Assembly: GCA_043228905.1 (NCBI GenBank)
Contig: JBHGNT010000085.1
Location: 32,580 to 96,579, forward strand
Origin: Azolla caroliniana
Lineage: Eukaryota; Plantae; Polypodiophyta
Length of the DNA stretch: 64,000 nucleotides
Direction of reading: 5' to 3'
Shown here: piece after piece, positions 11,071-26,800 of the stretch
Numbering within the stretch: position 1 is the stretch's first letter
Layout: every line of letters starts with the position of its first letter
The notes under the pieces: generated by a model
What the model saw: only the letters and a program-made list of their open reading frames with translations
Database searches by the model: none
Told to the model about the DNA's origin: nothing
Made by a program: the position numbers and the translations under genes

Positions 11071-14000
11071 AATATCGGATTTTTGTGTTCAAACATGCGA
11101 ATCGAAGCTAACAACGCTAGCTATGATATGGAATTAAAAATTAAGATTTTGAAACTCAGGTCGAGAGACATGACGAAATTACCAAATTTGAGGAGTGAGT
11201 TGAGAAGAGCCCTTGAGTAAATGAAAATGTTCATACCTGGCTCGTGTAATATCGGATTTTTGTGTTCAAACATGCGAATCGAAGCTAACAACGCTAGCTA
11301 TGATATGGAATTAAAAAATCAAGATTTTGAAACTCAGGTCGAGAGACATGACGAAATTACCAAATTTGAGGAGTGAGTTGAGAAGAGCTAGGAGGTAAAT
11401 TAAAATGTTCATACCTGGCTCGTGTGATATCAAATTCTTGTGTTCAAACATGCGAATCGAAGCTAACAACGCTAGCTATGATATGGAATTAAAAAATCAA
11501 GATTTTGAAACTCCGGTCGAGAGACATGACGAAAGTTCCAAATTTGAGGAGTGAGTTGAGAGGAGCCCTTGAGTAAATTAAAATGTTCATACCTGGCTCG
11601 TGTGATATCGGATTTTTGTGTTCAAACATGGGAATCGAAGCTAACAACGCTAGCTATGATATGGAATTAAAAAATCAAGATTTTGAAACTCAGATCAAGA
11701 GACATGACGAAATTACCAAATTTGAGGAGTGAGTTGAGAAGAGCTAGGAGGTAAATTAAAATGGTCATACCTGGCTCGTGTGATATCGGATTTTTGTGTT
11801 CAAACATGCGAATCGAAACTAACAACGCTAGCTATGATATGGAATTAAAAAATCAAGATTTTGAAATTCGGGTCGAGAGATATGAAGAAATTAGGAAATT
11901 TGAGGAGCTAGTGGAGAAGAGCGGGTTAGTAAATTAAAATGTTCATACCTGGCTCGTGTGATATCGGATTTTTGTGTTGTAAAATGCGAATCGAAGCTAA
12001 CAACGTTAGCTATTATATGGAATGAAAAAATCAAGATTTTGAAACTCAGGTCGAGAGACATGACGAAATTTCCAAATTTGAGGAGTGAGTTGAGAGGAGC
12101 CCTTGAGTAAATTAAAATGTTCATACCTGGCTCGTGTGATATCGGATTTTTGTGTTCAAACATGGCAATCGAAGCTAACAACGCTAGCTATGATATGGAA
12201 TTAAAAAATCAAGATTTTGAAACTCAGATCAAGAGACATGAGGAAATTACCAAATTTGAGGAGTGAGTTGAGAAGAGCTAGGAGGTAAATCAAAATGTTC
12301 ATACCTGGCTCGTGTGATATCGAATTTTTGTATTCAAACATGCGAATCGAAGATAACAACGCTAGCTATGATATGGAATTAAAAAATCAAGATTTTGAAA
12401 CTCAGGTCGAGAGACATGACGAAATTACCAAATTTGAGGAGTGAGTTGAGAGGAGCCCTTGAGTAAATGAAAATGTTCATACCTGGCTCGTGTAATATCG
12501 GATTTTTGTGTTCAAACATGCGAATCGAAGCTAACAACGCTAGCTATGATATGGAATTAAAAATTAAGATTTTGAAACTCAGGTCGAGAGACATGACGAA
12601 ATTACCAAATTTGAGGAGTGAGTTGAGAAGAGCCCTTGAGTAAATGAAAATGTTCATACCTGGCTCGTGTAATATCGGATTTTTGTGTTCAAACATGCGA
12701 ATCGAAGCTAACAACGCTAGCTATGATATGGAATTAAAAAATCAAGATTTTGAAACTCAGGTCGAGAGACATGACGAAATTACCAAATTTGAGGAGTGAG
12801 TTGAGAGGAGCCCTTGAGTAAATGAAAATGTTCATACCTGGCTCGTGTAATATCGGATTTTTGTGTTCAAACATGGCAATCGAAGCTAACAACGCTAGCT
12901 ATGATATGGAATTAAAAAATCAAGATTTTGAAACTCCGGTCGAGAGACATGAGGAAATTACCAAATTTGAGGAGTGAGTTGAGAGGAGCCCTTGAGTAAA
13001 TGAAAATGTTCATACCTGGCTCGTGTAATATCGGATTTTTGTGTTCAAACATGCGAATCGAAGCTAACAACGCTAGCTATGATATGGAATTAAAAATTAA
13101 GATTTTGAAACTCAGGTCGAGAGACATGACGAAATTTCCAAATTTGAGGAGTGAGTTGAGAGGAGCCCTTGAGTAAATGAAAATGTTCATACCTGGCTCG
13201 TGTAATATCGGATTTTTGTGTTCAAACATGCGAATCGAAGCTAACAACGCTAGCTATGATATGGAATTAAAAATCAAGATTTTGAAACTCAGGTCGAGAG
13301 ACATGACGAAATTACCAAATTTGAGGAGTGAGTTGAGAAGAGCCCTTGAGTAAATGACAATGTTCATACCTGGCTCGTGTAATATCGGATTTTTGTGTTC
13401 AAACATGCGTATCGAAGCTAACAACGCTAGCTATGATATGGAATTAAAAAATCAAGATTTTGAAACTCAGGTCGAGAGACATGACGAAATTACCAAATTT
13501 GAGGAGTGAGTTGAGAGGAGCCCTTGAGTAAATGAAAATGTTCATACCTGGCTCGTGTAATATCGGATTTTTGTGTTCAAACATGGCAATCGAAGCTAAC
13601 AACGCTAGCTATGATATGGAATTAAAAAATCAAGATTTTGAAACTCCGGTCGAGAGACATGAGGAAATTACCAAATTTGAGGAGTGAGTTGAGAGGAGCC
13701 CTTGAGTAAATGAAAATGTTCATACCTGCCTCGTGTAATATCGGATTTTTGTGTTCAAACATGCGAATCGAAGCTAACAACGCTAGCTATGATATGGAAT
13801 TAAAAATTAAGATTTTGAAACTCAGGTCGAGAGACATGACGAAATTTCCAAATTTGAGGAGTGAGTTGAGAGGAGCCCTTGAGTAAATGAAAATGTTCAT
13901 ACCTGGCTCGTGTAATATCGGATTTTTGTGTTCAAACATGCGAATCGAAGCTAACAACGCTAGCTATGATATGGAATTAAAAATCAAGATTTTGAAACTC

Positions 14001-17000
14001 AGGTCGAGAGACATGACGAAATTACCAAATTTGAGGAGTGAGTTGAGAAGAGCCCTTGAGTAAATGAAAATGTTCATACCTGGCTCGTGTAATATCGGAT
14101 TTTTGTGTTCAAACATGCGAATCGAAGCTAACAACGCTAGCTATGATATGGAATTAAAAATCAAGATTTTGAAACTCAGGTCGAGAGACATGACGAAATT
14201 ACCAAATTTGAGGAGTGAGTTGAGAAGAGCCCTTGAGTAAATGAAAATGTTCATACCTGGCTCGTGTAATATCGGATTTTTGTGTTCAAACATGCGAATC
14301 GAAGCTAACAACGCTAGCTATGATATGGAATTAAAATATCAAGATTTTGAAACTCAGGTCGAGAGACATGACGAAATAACCAAATTTGAGGAGTGACTTG
14401 AGAGGAGCCCTTGAGTAAATGAAAATGTTCATACCTGGCTCGTGTAATATCGGATTTTTGTATTCAAACATGCGTATCGAAGCTAACAACGCTAGCTATG
14501 ATATGGAATTAAAAAATCAAGATTTTGAAACTCCGGTCGAGAGACATGACGAAATTTCCAAATTTGAGGAGTGAGTTGAGAAGAGCTAGGAGGTAAATTA
14601 AAATGTTCATACCTGGCTCGTGTGATATCGGATTTTTGTGTTCAAACATGCGAATCGAAACTAACAACGCTAGCTATGATATGGAATTAAAAAATCAAGA
14701 TTTTGAAATTCGGGTCGAGAGATATGAAGAAATTAGGAAATTTGAGGAGCTAGTGGAGAAGAGCGGGTTAGTAAATTAAAATGTTCATACCTGGCTCGTG
14801 TGATATCGGATTTTTGTGTTGGAAAATGCGAATCGAAGCTAACAACGTTAGCTATTATATGGAATGAAAAAATCAAGATTTTGAAACTCAGGTCGAGAGA
14901 CATGACGAAATTACCAAATTTGAGGAGTGAGTTGAGAAGAGCCCTTGAGTAAATGAAAATGTTCATACCTGGCTCGTGTAATATCGGATTTTTGTGTTCA
15001 AACATGCGAATCGAAGCTAACAACGCTAGCTATGATATGGAATTAAAAAATCAAGATTTTGAAACTCAGATCAAGAGACATGACGAAATTACCAAATTTG
15101 AGGAGTGAGTTGAGAAGAGCTAGGAGGTAAATTGAAATGTTCATACCTGGCTCGTGTGATATCGAATTTTTGTGTTCAAACATGGGAATCGAAGATAACA
15201 ACGCTAGCTATAATATGGAATTAAAAAATCAAGATTTTGAAACTCAGGTCGAGAGACATGACGAGATTACCAAATTTGAGGAGTCAGTTGAGAGGAGCCC
15301 TTGAGTAAATGAAAATGTTCATACCTGGCTCGTGTAATATCGGATTTCTGTGTTCAAACATGCGAATCGAAGCTAACAACGCTAGCTATGATATGGAATT
15401 AAAAATCAAGATTTTGAAACTCAGGTCGAGAGACATGACGAAATTACCAAATTTCAGGAGTGAGTTGAGAAGAGCCCTTGAGTAAATGAAAATGTTCATA
15501 CCTGGCTCGTGTAATATCGGATTTTTGTGTTCAAACATGCGAATCGAAGCTAACAACGCTAGCTATGATATGGAATTAAAAAATCAAGATTTTGAAACTC
15601 AGGTCGAGAGACATGACGAGATTACCAAATTTGAGGAGTCACTTGAGAGGAGCCCTTGAGTAAATGAAAATGTTCATACCTGGCTCGTGTAATATCGGAT
15701 TTTTGTGTTCAAACATGCGTATCGAAGCTAACAACGCTAGCTATGATATGGAATTAAAAAATCAAAATTTTGAAACTCCGGTCGAGAGACATGACGAAAT
15801 TTCCAAATTTGAGGAGTGAGTTGAGAGGAGCCCTTGAGTAAATTAAAATGTTCATACCTGGCTCGTATCATATCGGATTTTTGTGTTCAAACATGCGAAT
15901 CAAAGCTAACAACCCTAGCTATGATATGGAATTAAAAAATCAAGATTTTGAAACTCAGGTCGAGAGACATGACGAAATTACCAAATTTGAGGAGTGAGTT
16001 GAGAAGAGCTAGGAGGTAAATTAAAATGTTCATACCTGGCTCGTGTGATATCAAATTCTTGTGTTCAAACATGCGAATCGAAGCTAACAACGCTAGCTAT
16101 GATATGGAATTAAAAAATCAAGATTTTGAAACTCCGGTCGAGAGACATGACGAAAGTTCCAAATTTGAGGAGTGAGTTGAGAGGAGCCCTTGAGTAAATT
16201 AAAATGTTCATACCTGGCTCGTGTGATATCGGATTTTTGTGTTCAAACATGGGAATCGAAGCTAACAACGCTAGCTATGATATGGAATTAAAAAATCAAG
16301 ATTTTGAAACTCAGATCAAGAGACATGACGAAATTACCAAATTTGAGGAGTGAGTTGAGAAGAGCTAAGAGGTAAATTAAAATGGTCATACCTGGCTCGT
16401 GTGATATCGGATTTTTGTGTTCAAACATGCGAATCGAAACTAACAACGCTAGCTATGATATGGAATTAAAAAATCAAGATTTTGAAATTCGGGTCGAGAG
16501 ATATGAAGAAATTAGGAAATTTGAGGAGCTAGTGGAGAAGAGCGGGTTAGTAAATTAAAATGTTCATACCTGGCTCGTGTGATATCGGATTTTTGTGTTG
16601 TAAAATGCGAATCGAAGCTAACAACGTTAGCTATTATATGGAATGAAAAAATCAAGATTTTGAAACTCAGGTCGAGAGACATGACGAAATTTCCAAATTT
16701 GAGGAGTGAGTTGAGAGGAGCCCTTGAGTAAATTAAAATGTTCATACCTGGCTCGTGTGATATCGGATTTTTGTGTTCAAACATGGCAATCGAAGCTAAC
16801 AACGCTAGCTATGATATGGAATTAAAAAATCAAGATTTTGAAACTCAGATCAAGAGACATGAGGAAATTACCAAATTTGAGGAGTGAGTTGAGAAGAGCT
16901 AGGAGGTAAATCAAAATGTTCATACCTGGCTCGTGTGATATCGAATTTTTGTATTCAAACATGCGAATCGAAGATAACAACGCTAGCTATGATATGGAAT

Positions 17001-20000
17001 TAAAAAATCAAGATTTTGAAACTCAGGTCGAGAGACATGACGAAATTACCAAATTTGAGGAGTGAGTTGAGAGGAGCCCTTGAGTAAATGAAAATGTTCA
17101 TACCTGGCTCGTGTAATATCGGATTTTTGTGTTCAAACATGCGAATCGAAGCTAACAACGCTAGCTATGATATGGAATTAAAAATTAAGATTTTGAAACT
17201 CAGGTCGAGAGACATGACGAAATTACCAAATTTGAGGAGTGACTTGAGAGGAGCCCTTGAGTAAATGAAAATGTTCATACCTGGCTCGTGTAATATCGGA
17301 TTTTTGTATTCAAACATGCGTATCGAAGCTAACAACGCTAGCTATGATATGGAATTAAAAAATCAAGATTTTGAAACTCCGGTCGAGAGACATGACGAAA
17401 TTTCCAAATTTGAGGAGTGAGTTGAGAAGAGCTAGGAGGTAAATTAAAATGTTCATACCTGGCTCGTGTGATATCGGATTTTTGTGTTCAAACATGCGAA
17501 TCGAAACTAACAACGCTAGCTATGATATGGAATTAAAAAATCAAGATTTTGAAATTCGGGTCGAGAGATATGAAGAAATTAGGAAATTTGAGGAGCTAGT
17601 GGAGAAGAGCGGGTTAGTAAATTAAAATGTTCATACCTGGCTCGTGTGATATCGGATTTTTGTGTTGGAAAATGCGAATCGAAGCTAACAACGTTAGCTA
17701 TTATATGGAATGAAAAAATCAAGATTTTGAAACTCAGGTCGAGAGACATGACGAAATTACCAAATTTGAGGAGTGAGTTGAGAAGAGCCCTTGAGTAAAT
17801 GAAAATGTTCATACCTGGCTCGTGTAATATCGGATTTTTGTGTTCAAACATGCGAATCGAAGCTAACAACGCTAGCTATGATATGGAATTAAAAAATCAA
17901 GATTTTGAAACTCAGATCAAGAGACATGACGAAATTACCAAATTTGAGGAGTGAGTTGAGAAGAGCTAGGAGGTAAATTGAAATGTTCATACCTGGCTCG
18001 TGTGATATCGAATTTTTGTGTTCAAACATGCGAATCGAAGCTAACAACACTAGCTATGATATGGAATTAAAAAATCAAGATTTTGAAACTCCGGTCGAGA
18101 GACATGACGAAATTTCCAAATTTGAGGAGTGAGTTGAGAGGAGCCCTTGAGTAAATTAAAATGTTCATACCTGGCTCGTGTGATATCGGATTTTTGTGTT
18201 CAAACATGGGAATCGAAGCTAACAACGCTAGCTATGATATGGAATTAAAAAATCAAGATTTTGAAACTCAGATCAAGAGACATGACGAAATTACCAAATT
18301 TGAGGAGTGAGTTGAGAAGAGCTAGGAGGTAAATTGAAATGTTCATACCTGGCTCGTGTGATATCGAATTTTTGTGTTCAAACATGGGAATCGAAGATAA
18401 CAACGCTAGCTATAATATGGAATTAAAAAATCAAGATTTTGAAACTCAGGTCGAGAGACATGACGAGATTACCAAATTTGAGGAGTCAGTTGAGAGGAGC
18501 CCTTGAGTAAATGAAAATGTTCATACCTGGCTCGTGTAATATCGGATTTTTGTGTTCAAACATGCGAATCGAAGCTAACAACGCTAGCTATGATATGGAA
18601 TTAAAAATCAAGATTTTGAAACTCAGGTCGAGAGACATGACGAAATTACCAAATTTCAGGAGTGAGTTGAGAAGAGCCCTTGAGTAAATGAAAATGTTCA
18701 TACCTGGCTCGTGTAATATCGGATTTTTGTGTTCAAACATGCGAATCGAAGCTAACAACGCTAGCTATGATATGGAATTAAAAAATCAAGATTTTGAAAC
18801 TCAGGTCGAGAGACATGACGAAATTACCAAATTTGAGGAGTCACTTGAGAGGAGCCCTTGAGTAAATGAAAATGTTCATACCTGGCTCGTGTAATATCGG
18901 ATTTTTGTGTTCAAACATGCGTATCGAAGCTAACAACGCTAGCTATGATATGGAATTAAAAAATCAAGATTTTGAAACTCCGGTCGAGAGACATGACGAA
19001 ATTTCCAAATTTGAGGAGTGAGTTGAGAGGAGCCCTTGAGTAAATTAAAATGTTCATACCTGGCTCGTATCATATCGGATTTTTGTGTTCAAACATGCGA
19101 ATCAAAGCTAACAACCCTAGCTATGATATGGAATTAAAAAATCAAGATTTTGAAACTCAGATCAAGAGACATGACGAAATTACCAAATTTGAGGAGTGAG
19201 TTGAGAAGAGCTAGGAGGTAAATTAAAATGGTCATACCTGGCTCGTGTGATATCGGATTTTTGTGTTCAAACATGCGAATCCAAACTAACAACGCTAGCT
19301 ATGATATGGAATTAAAAAATCAAGATTTTGAAATTCGGGTCGAGAGATATGAAGAAATTAGGAAATTTGAGGAGCTAGTGGAGAAGAGCGGGTTAGTAAA
19401 TTAAAATGTTCATACCTGGCTCGTGTGATATCGGATTTTTGTGTTGTAAAATGCGAATCGAAGCTAACAACGTTAGCTATTATATGGAATGAAAAAATCA
19501 AGATTTTGAAACTCAGGTCGAGAGACATGACGAAATTTCCAAATTTGAGGAGTGAGTTGAGAGGAGCCCTTGAGTAAATTAAAATGTTCATACCTGGCTC
19601 GTGTGATATCGGATTTTTGTGTTCAAACATGGCAATCGAAGCTAACAACGGTAGCTATGATATGGAATTAAAAAATCAAGATTTTGAAACTCAGATCAAG
19701 AGACATGAGGAAATTACCAAATTTGAGGAGTGAGTTGAGAAGAGCTAGGAGGTAAATCAAAATGTTCATACCTGGCTCGTGTGATATCGAATTTTTGTGT
19801 TCAAACATGCGAATCGAAGATAACAACGCTAGCTATGATATGGAATTAAAAAATCAAGATTTTGAAACTCAGGTCGAGAGACATGACGAAATTACCAAAT
19901 TTGAGGAGTGAGTTGAGAGGAGCCCTTGAGTAAATGAAAATGTTCATACCTAGCTCGTGTAATATCGGATTTTTGTGTTCAAACATGCGAATCGAAGCTA

Positions 20001-23000
20001 ACAACGCTAGCTATGATATGGAATTAAAAATTAAGATTTTGAAACTCAGGTCGAGAGACATGACGAAATTACCAAATTTGAGGAGTGAGTTGAGAAGAGC
20101 CCTTGAGTAAATGAAAATGTTCATACCTGGCTCGTGTAATATCGGATTTTTGTGTTCAAACATGCGAATCGAAGCTAACAACGCTAGCTATGATATGGAA
20201 TTAAAAAATCAAGATTTTGAAACTCCGGTCGAGAGACATGAGGAAATTACCAAATTTGAGGAGTGAGTTGAGAGGAGCCCTTGAGTAAATGAAAATGTTC
20301 ATACCTGGCTCGTGTAATATCGGATTTTTGTGTTCAAACATGCGAATCGAAGCTAACAACGCTAGCTATGATATGGAATTAAAAATTAAGATTTTGAAAC
20401 TCAGGTCGAGAGACATGACGAAATTTCCAAATTTGAGGAGTGAGTTGAGAGGAGCCCTTGAGTAAATTAAAATGTTCATACCTGGCTCGTGTGATATCGG
20501 ATTTTTGTGTTCAAACATGGCAATCGAAGCTAACAACGCTAGCTATGATATGGAATTAAAAAATCAAGATTTTGAAACTCAGATCAAGAGACATGAGGAA
20601 ATTACCAAATTTGAGGAGTGAGTTGAGAAGAGCTAGGAGGTAAATCAAAATGTTCATACCTGGCTCGTGTGATATCGAATTTTTGTGTTCAAACATGCGA
20701 ATCGAAGATAACAACGCTAGCTATGATATGGAATTAAAAAATCAAGATTTTGAAACTCCGGTCGAGAGACATGACGAAATTTCCAAATTTGAGGAGTGAG
20801 TTGAGAGGAGCCCTTGAGTAAATTAAAATGTTCATACCTGGCTCGTGTGATATCGGATTTTTGTGTTCAAACATGCGAATCGAAGCTAACAACGCTAGCT
20901 ATGATATGGAATTAAAAAATACAGATTTTGAAACTCAGATCAAGAGACATGACGAAATTACCAAATTTGAGGAGTGAGTTGAGAAGAGCTAGGAGGTAAA
21001 TTAAAATGGTCATACCTGGCTCGTGTGATATCGAATTTTTGTGTTCAAACATGCGAATCGAAGATAACAACGCTAGCTATAATATGGAATTAAAAAATCA
21101 AGATTTTGAAACTCAGGTCGAGAGACATGACGAAATTACCAAATTTCAGGAGTGAGTTGAGAGGAGCCCTTGAGTAAATGAAAATGTTCATACCTGGCTC
21201 GTATCATATCGGATTTTTGTGTTCAAACATGCGAATCGAAGCTAACAACGCTAGCTATGATATGGAATTAAAAAATCAAGATTTTGAAACTCAGGTCGAG
21301 AGACATGACGAAATTACCAAATTTGAGGAGTGAGTTGAGAAGAGCTAGGAGGTAAATTAAAATGTTCATACCTGGCTCGTGTGATATCGAATTTTTGTGT
21401 TCAAACATGCGAATCGAAGCTAACAACACTAGCTATGATATGGAATTAAAAAATCAAGATTTTGAAACTCCGGTCGAGAGACATGACGAAATTTCCAAAT
21501 TTGAGGAGTGAGTTGAGAAGAGCTAGGAGGTAAATTAAAATGTTCATACCTGGCTCGTGTGATATCGGATTTTTGTGTTCAAACATGCGAATCGAAACTA
21601 ACAACGCTAGCTATGATATGGAATTAAAAAATCAAGATTTTGAAATTCGGGTCGAGAGATATGAAGAAATTAGGAAATTTGAGGAGCTAGTGGAGAAGAG
21701 CGGGTTAGTAAATTAAAATGTTCATACCTGGCTCGTGTGATATCGGATTTTTGTGTTGGAAAATGCGAATCGAAGCTAACAACGTTAGCTATTATATGGA
21801 ATGAAAAAATCAAGATTTTGAAACTCAGGTCGAGAGACATGACGAAATTTCCAAATTTGAGGAGTGAGTTGAGAGGAGCCCTTGAGTAAATTAAAATGTT
21901 CATACCTGGCTCGTGTGATATCGGATTTTTGTGTTCAAACATGGCAATCGAAGCTAACAACGCTAGCTATGATATGGAATTAAAAAATACAGATTTTGAA
22001 ACTCAGATCAAGAGACATGAGGAAATTACCAAATTTGAGGAGTGAGTTGAGAAGAGCTAGGAGGTAAATCAAAATGTTCATACCTGGCTCGTGTGATATC
22101 GAATTTTTGTGTTCAAACATGCGAATCGAAGATAACAACGCTAGCTATAATATGGAATTAAAAAATCAAGATTTTGAAACTCAGGTCGAGAGACATGACG
22201 AAATTACCAAATTTCAGGAGTGAGTTGAGAGGAGCCCTTGAGTAAATGAAAATGTTCATACCTGGCTCGTATCATATCGGATTTTTGTGTTCAAACATGC
22301 GAATCGAAGCTAACAACGCTAGCTATGATATGGAATTAAAAAATCAAGATTTTGAAACTCAGGTCGAGAGACATGACGAAATTACCAAATTTGAGGAGTG
22401 AGTTGAGAAGAGCTAGGAGGTAAATTAAAATGTTCATACCTGGCTCGTGTGATATCGAATTTTTGTGTTCAAACATGCGAATCGAAGCTAACAACACTAG
22501 CTATGATATGGAATTAAAAAATCAAGATTTTGAAACTCCGGTCGAGAGACATGACGAAATTTCCAAATTTGAGGAGTGAGTTGAGAGGAGCCCTTGAGTA
22601 AATTAAAATGTTCATACCTGGCTCGTGTGATATCGGATTTTTGTGTTCAAACATGGGAATCGAAGCTAACAACGCTAGCTATGATATGGAATTAAAAAAT
22701 CAAGATTTTGAAACTCAGATCAAGAGACATGACGAAATTACCAAATTTGAGGAGTGAGTTGAGAAGAGCTAGGAGGTAAATTGAAATGTTCATACCTGGC
22801 TCGTGTGATATCGAATTTTTGTGTTCAAACATGGGAATCGAAGATAACAACGCTAGCTATAATATGGAATTAAAAAATCAAGATTTTGAAACTCAGGTCG
22901 AGAGACATGACGAGATTACCAAATTTGAGGAGTCAGTTGAGAGGAGCCCTTGAGTAAATGAAAATGTTCATACCTGGCTCGTGTAATATCGGATTTTTGT

Positions 23001-23899
23001 GTTCAAACATGCGAATCGAAGCTAACAACGCTAGCTATGATATGGAATTAAAAATCAAGATTTTGAAACTCAGGTCGAGGGACATGACGAAATTACCAAA
23101 TTTCAGGAGTGAGTTGAGAAGAGCCCTTGAGTAAATGAAAATGTTCATACCTGGCTCGTGTAATATCGGATTTTTGTGTTCAAACATGCGAATCGAAGCT
23201 AACAACGCTAGCTATGATATGGAATTAAAAAATCAAGATTTTGAAACTCAGGTCGAGAGACATGACGAAATTACCAAATTTGAGGAGTCACTTGAGAGGA
23301 GCCCTTGAGTAAATGAAAATGTTCATACCTGGCTCGTGTAATATCGGATTTTTGTGTTCAAACATGCGTATCGAAGCTAACAACGCTAGCTATGATATGG
23401 AATTAAAAAATCAAGATTTTGAAACTCCGGTCGAGAGACATGACGAATTTTCCAAATTTGAGGAGTGAGTTGAGAGGAGCCCTTGAGTAAATTAAAATGT
23501 TCATACCTGGCTCGTATCATATCGGATTTTTGTGTTCAAACATGCGAATCAAAGCTAACAACCCTAGCTATGATATGGAATTAAAAAATCAAGATTTTGA
23601 AACTCAGGTCGAGAGACATGACGAAATTACCAAATTTGAGGAGTGAGTTGAGAAGAGCTAGGAGGTAAATTAAAATGTTCATACCTGGCTCGTGTGATAT
23701 CAAATTCTTGTGTTCAAACATGCGAATCGAAGCTAACAACGCTAGCTATGATATGGAATTAAAAAATCAAGATTTTGAAACTCCGGTCGAGAGACATGAC
23801 GAAAGTTCCAAATTTGAGGAGTGAGTTGAGAGGAGCCCTTGAGTAAATTAAAATGTTCATACCTGGCTCGTGTGATATCGGATTTTTGTGTTCAAACAT

Positions 23900-26800
23900 G
23901 GGAATCGAAGCTAACAACGCTAGCTATGATATGGAATTAAAAAATCAAGATTTTGAAACTCAGATCAAGAGACATGACGAAATTACCAAATTTGAGGAGT
24001 GAGTTGAGAAGAGCTAGGAGGTAAATTAAAATGGTCATACCTGGCTCGTGTGATATCGGATTTTTGTGTTCAAACATGCGAATCGAAACTAACAACGCTA
24101 GCTATGATATGGAATTAAAAAATCAAGATTTTGAAATTCGGGTCGAGAGATATGAAGAAATTAGGAAATTTGAGGAGCTAGTGGAGAAGAGCGGGTTAGT
24201 AAATTAAAATGTTCATACCTGGCTCGTGTGATATCGGATTTTTGTGTTGTAAAATGCGAATCGAAGCTAACAACGTTAGCTATTATATGGAATGAAAAAA
24301 TCAAGATTTTGAAACTCAGGTCGAGAGACAGGACGAAATTACCAAATTTGAGGAGTGAGTTGAGAGGAGCCCTTGAGTAAATGAAAATGTTCATACCTGG
24401 CTCGTGTAATATCGGATTTTTGTGTTCAAACATGGCAATCGAAGCTAACAACGCTAGCTATGATATGGAATTAAAAAATCAAGATTTTGAAACTCCGGTC
24501 GAGAGACATGAGGAAATTACCAAATTTGAGGAGTGAGTTGAGAGGAGCCCTTGAGTAAATGAAAATGTTCATACCTGGCTCGTGTAATATCGGATTTTTG
24601 TGTTCAAACATGCGAATCGAAGCTAACAACGCTAGCTATGATATGGAATTAAAAATTAAGATTTTGAAACTCAGGTCGAGAGACATGACGAAATTTCCAA
24701 ATTTGAGGAGTGAGTTGAGAGGAGCCCTTGAGTAAATTAAAATGTTCATACCTGGCTCGTGTGATATCGGATTTTTGTGTTCAAACATGGCAATCGAAGC
24801 TAACAACGCTAGCTATGATATGGAATTAAAAAATCAAGATTTTGAAACTCAGATCAAGAGACATGAGGAAATTACCAAATTTGAGGAGTGAGTTGAGAAG
24901 AGCTAGGAGGTAAATCAAAATGTTCATACCTGGCTCGTGTGATATCGAATTTTTGTGTTCAAACATGCGAATCGAAGATAACAACGCTAGCTATGATATG
25001 GAATTAAAAAATCAAGATTTTGAAACTCCGGTCGAGAGACATGACGAAATTTCCAAATTTGAGGAGTGAGTTGAGAGGAGCCCTTGAGTAAATTAAAATG
25101 TTCATACCTGGCTCGTGTGATATCGGATTTTTGTGTTCAAACATGCGAATCGAAGCTAACAACGCTAGCTATGATATGGAATTAAAAAATACAGATTTTG
25201 AAACTCAGATCAAGAGACATGACGAAATTACCAAATTTGAGGAGTGAGTTGAGAAGAGCTAGGAGGTAAATTAAAATGGTCATACCTGGCTCGTGTGATA
25301 TCGAATTTTTGTGTTCAAACATGCGAATCGAAGATAACAACGCTAGCTATAATATGGAATTAAAAAATCAAGATTTTGAAACTCAGGTCGAGAGACATGA
25401 CGAAATTACCAAATTTCAGGAGTGAGTTGAGAGGAGCCCTTGAGTAAATGAAAATGTTCATACCTGGCTCGTATCATATCGGATTTTTGTGTTCAAACAT
25501 GGGAATCGAAGCTAACAACGCTAGCTATGATATGGAATTAAAAAATCAAGATTTTGAAACTCAGATCAAGAGACATGACGAAATTACCAAATTTGAGGAG
25601 TGAGTTGAGAAGAGCTAGGAGGTAAATTAAAATGGTCATACCTGGCTCGTGTGATATCGGATTTTTGTGTTCAAACATGCGAATCGAAACTAACAACGCT
25701 AGCTATGATATGGAATTAAAAAATCAAGATTTTGAAATTCGGGTCGAGAGATATGAAGAAATTAGGAAATTTGAGGAGCTAGTGGAGAAGAGCGGGTTAG
25801 TAAATTAAAATGTTCATACCTGGCTCGTGTGATATCGGATTTTTGTGTTGTAAAATGCGAATCGAAGCTAACAACGTTAGCTATTATATGGAATGAAAAA
25901 ATCAAGATTTTGAAACTCAGGTCGAGAGACAGGACGAAATTACCAAATTTGAGGAGTGAGTTGAGAGGAGCCCTTGAGTAAATGAAAATGTTCATACCTG
26001 GCTCGTGTAATATCGGATTTTTGTGTTCAAACATGGCAATCGAAGCTAACAACGCTAGCTATGATATGGAATTAAAAAATCAAGATTTTGAAACTCCGGT
26101 CGAGAGACATGAGGAAATTACCAAATTTGAGGAGTGAGTTGAGAGGAGCCCTTGAGTAAATGAAAATGTTCATACCTGGCTCGTGTAATATCGGATTTTT
26201 GTGTTCAAACATGCGAATCGAAGCTAACAACGCTAGCTATGATATGGAATTAAAAATTAAGATTTTGAAACTCAGGTCGAGAGACATGACGAAATTTCCA
26301 AATTTGAGGAGTGAGTTGAGAGGAGCCCTTGAGTAAATTAAAATGTTCATACCTGGCTCGTGTGATATCGGATTTTTGTGTTCAAACATGGCAATCGAAG
26401 CTAACAACGCTAGCTATGATATGGAATTAAAAAATCAAGATTTTGAAACTCAGATCAAGAGACATGAGGAAATTACCAAATTTGAGGAGTGAGTTGAGAA
26501 GAGCTAGGAGGTAAATCAAAATGTTCATACCTGGCTCGTGTGATATCGAATTTTTGTGTTCAAACATGCGAATCGAAGATAACAACGCTAGCTATGATAT
26601 GGAATTAAAAAATCAAGATTTTGAAACTCCGGTCGAGAGACATGACGAAATTTCCAAATTTGAGGAGTGAGTTGAGAGGAGCCCTTGAGTAAATTAAAAT
26701 GTTCATACCTGGCTCGTGTGATATCGGATTTTTGTGTTCAAACATGCGAATCGAAGCTAACAACGCTAGCTATGATATGGAATTAAAAAATACAGATTTT

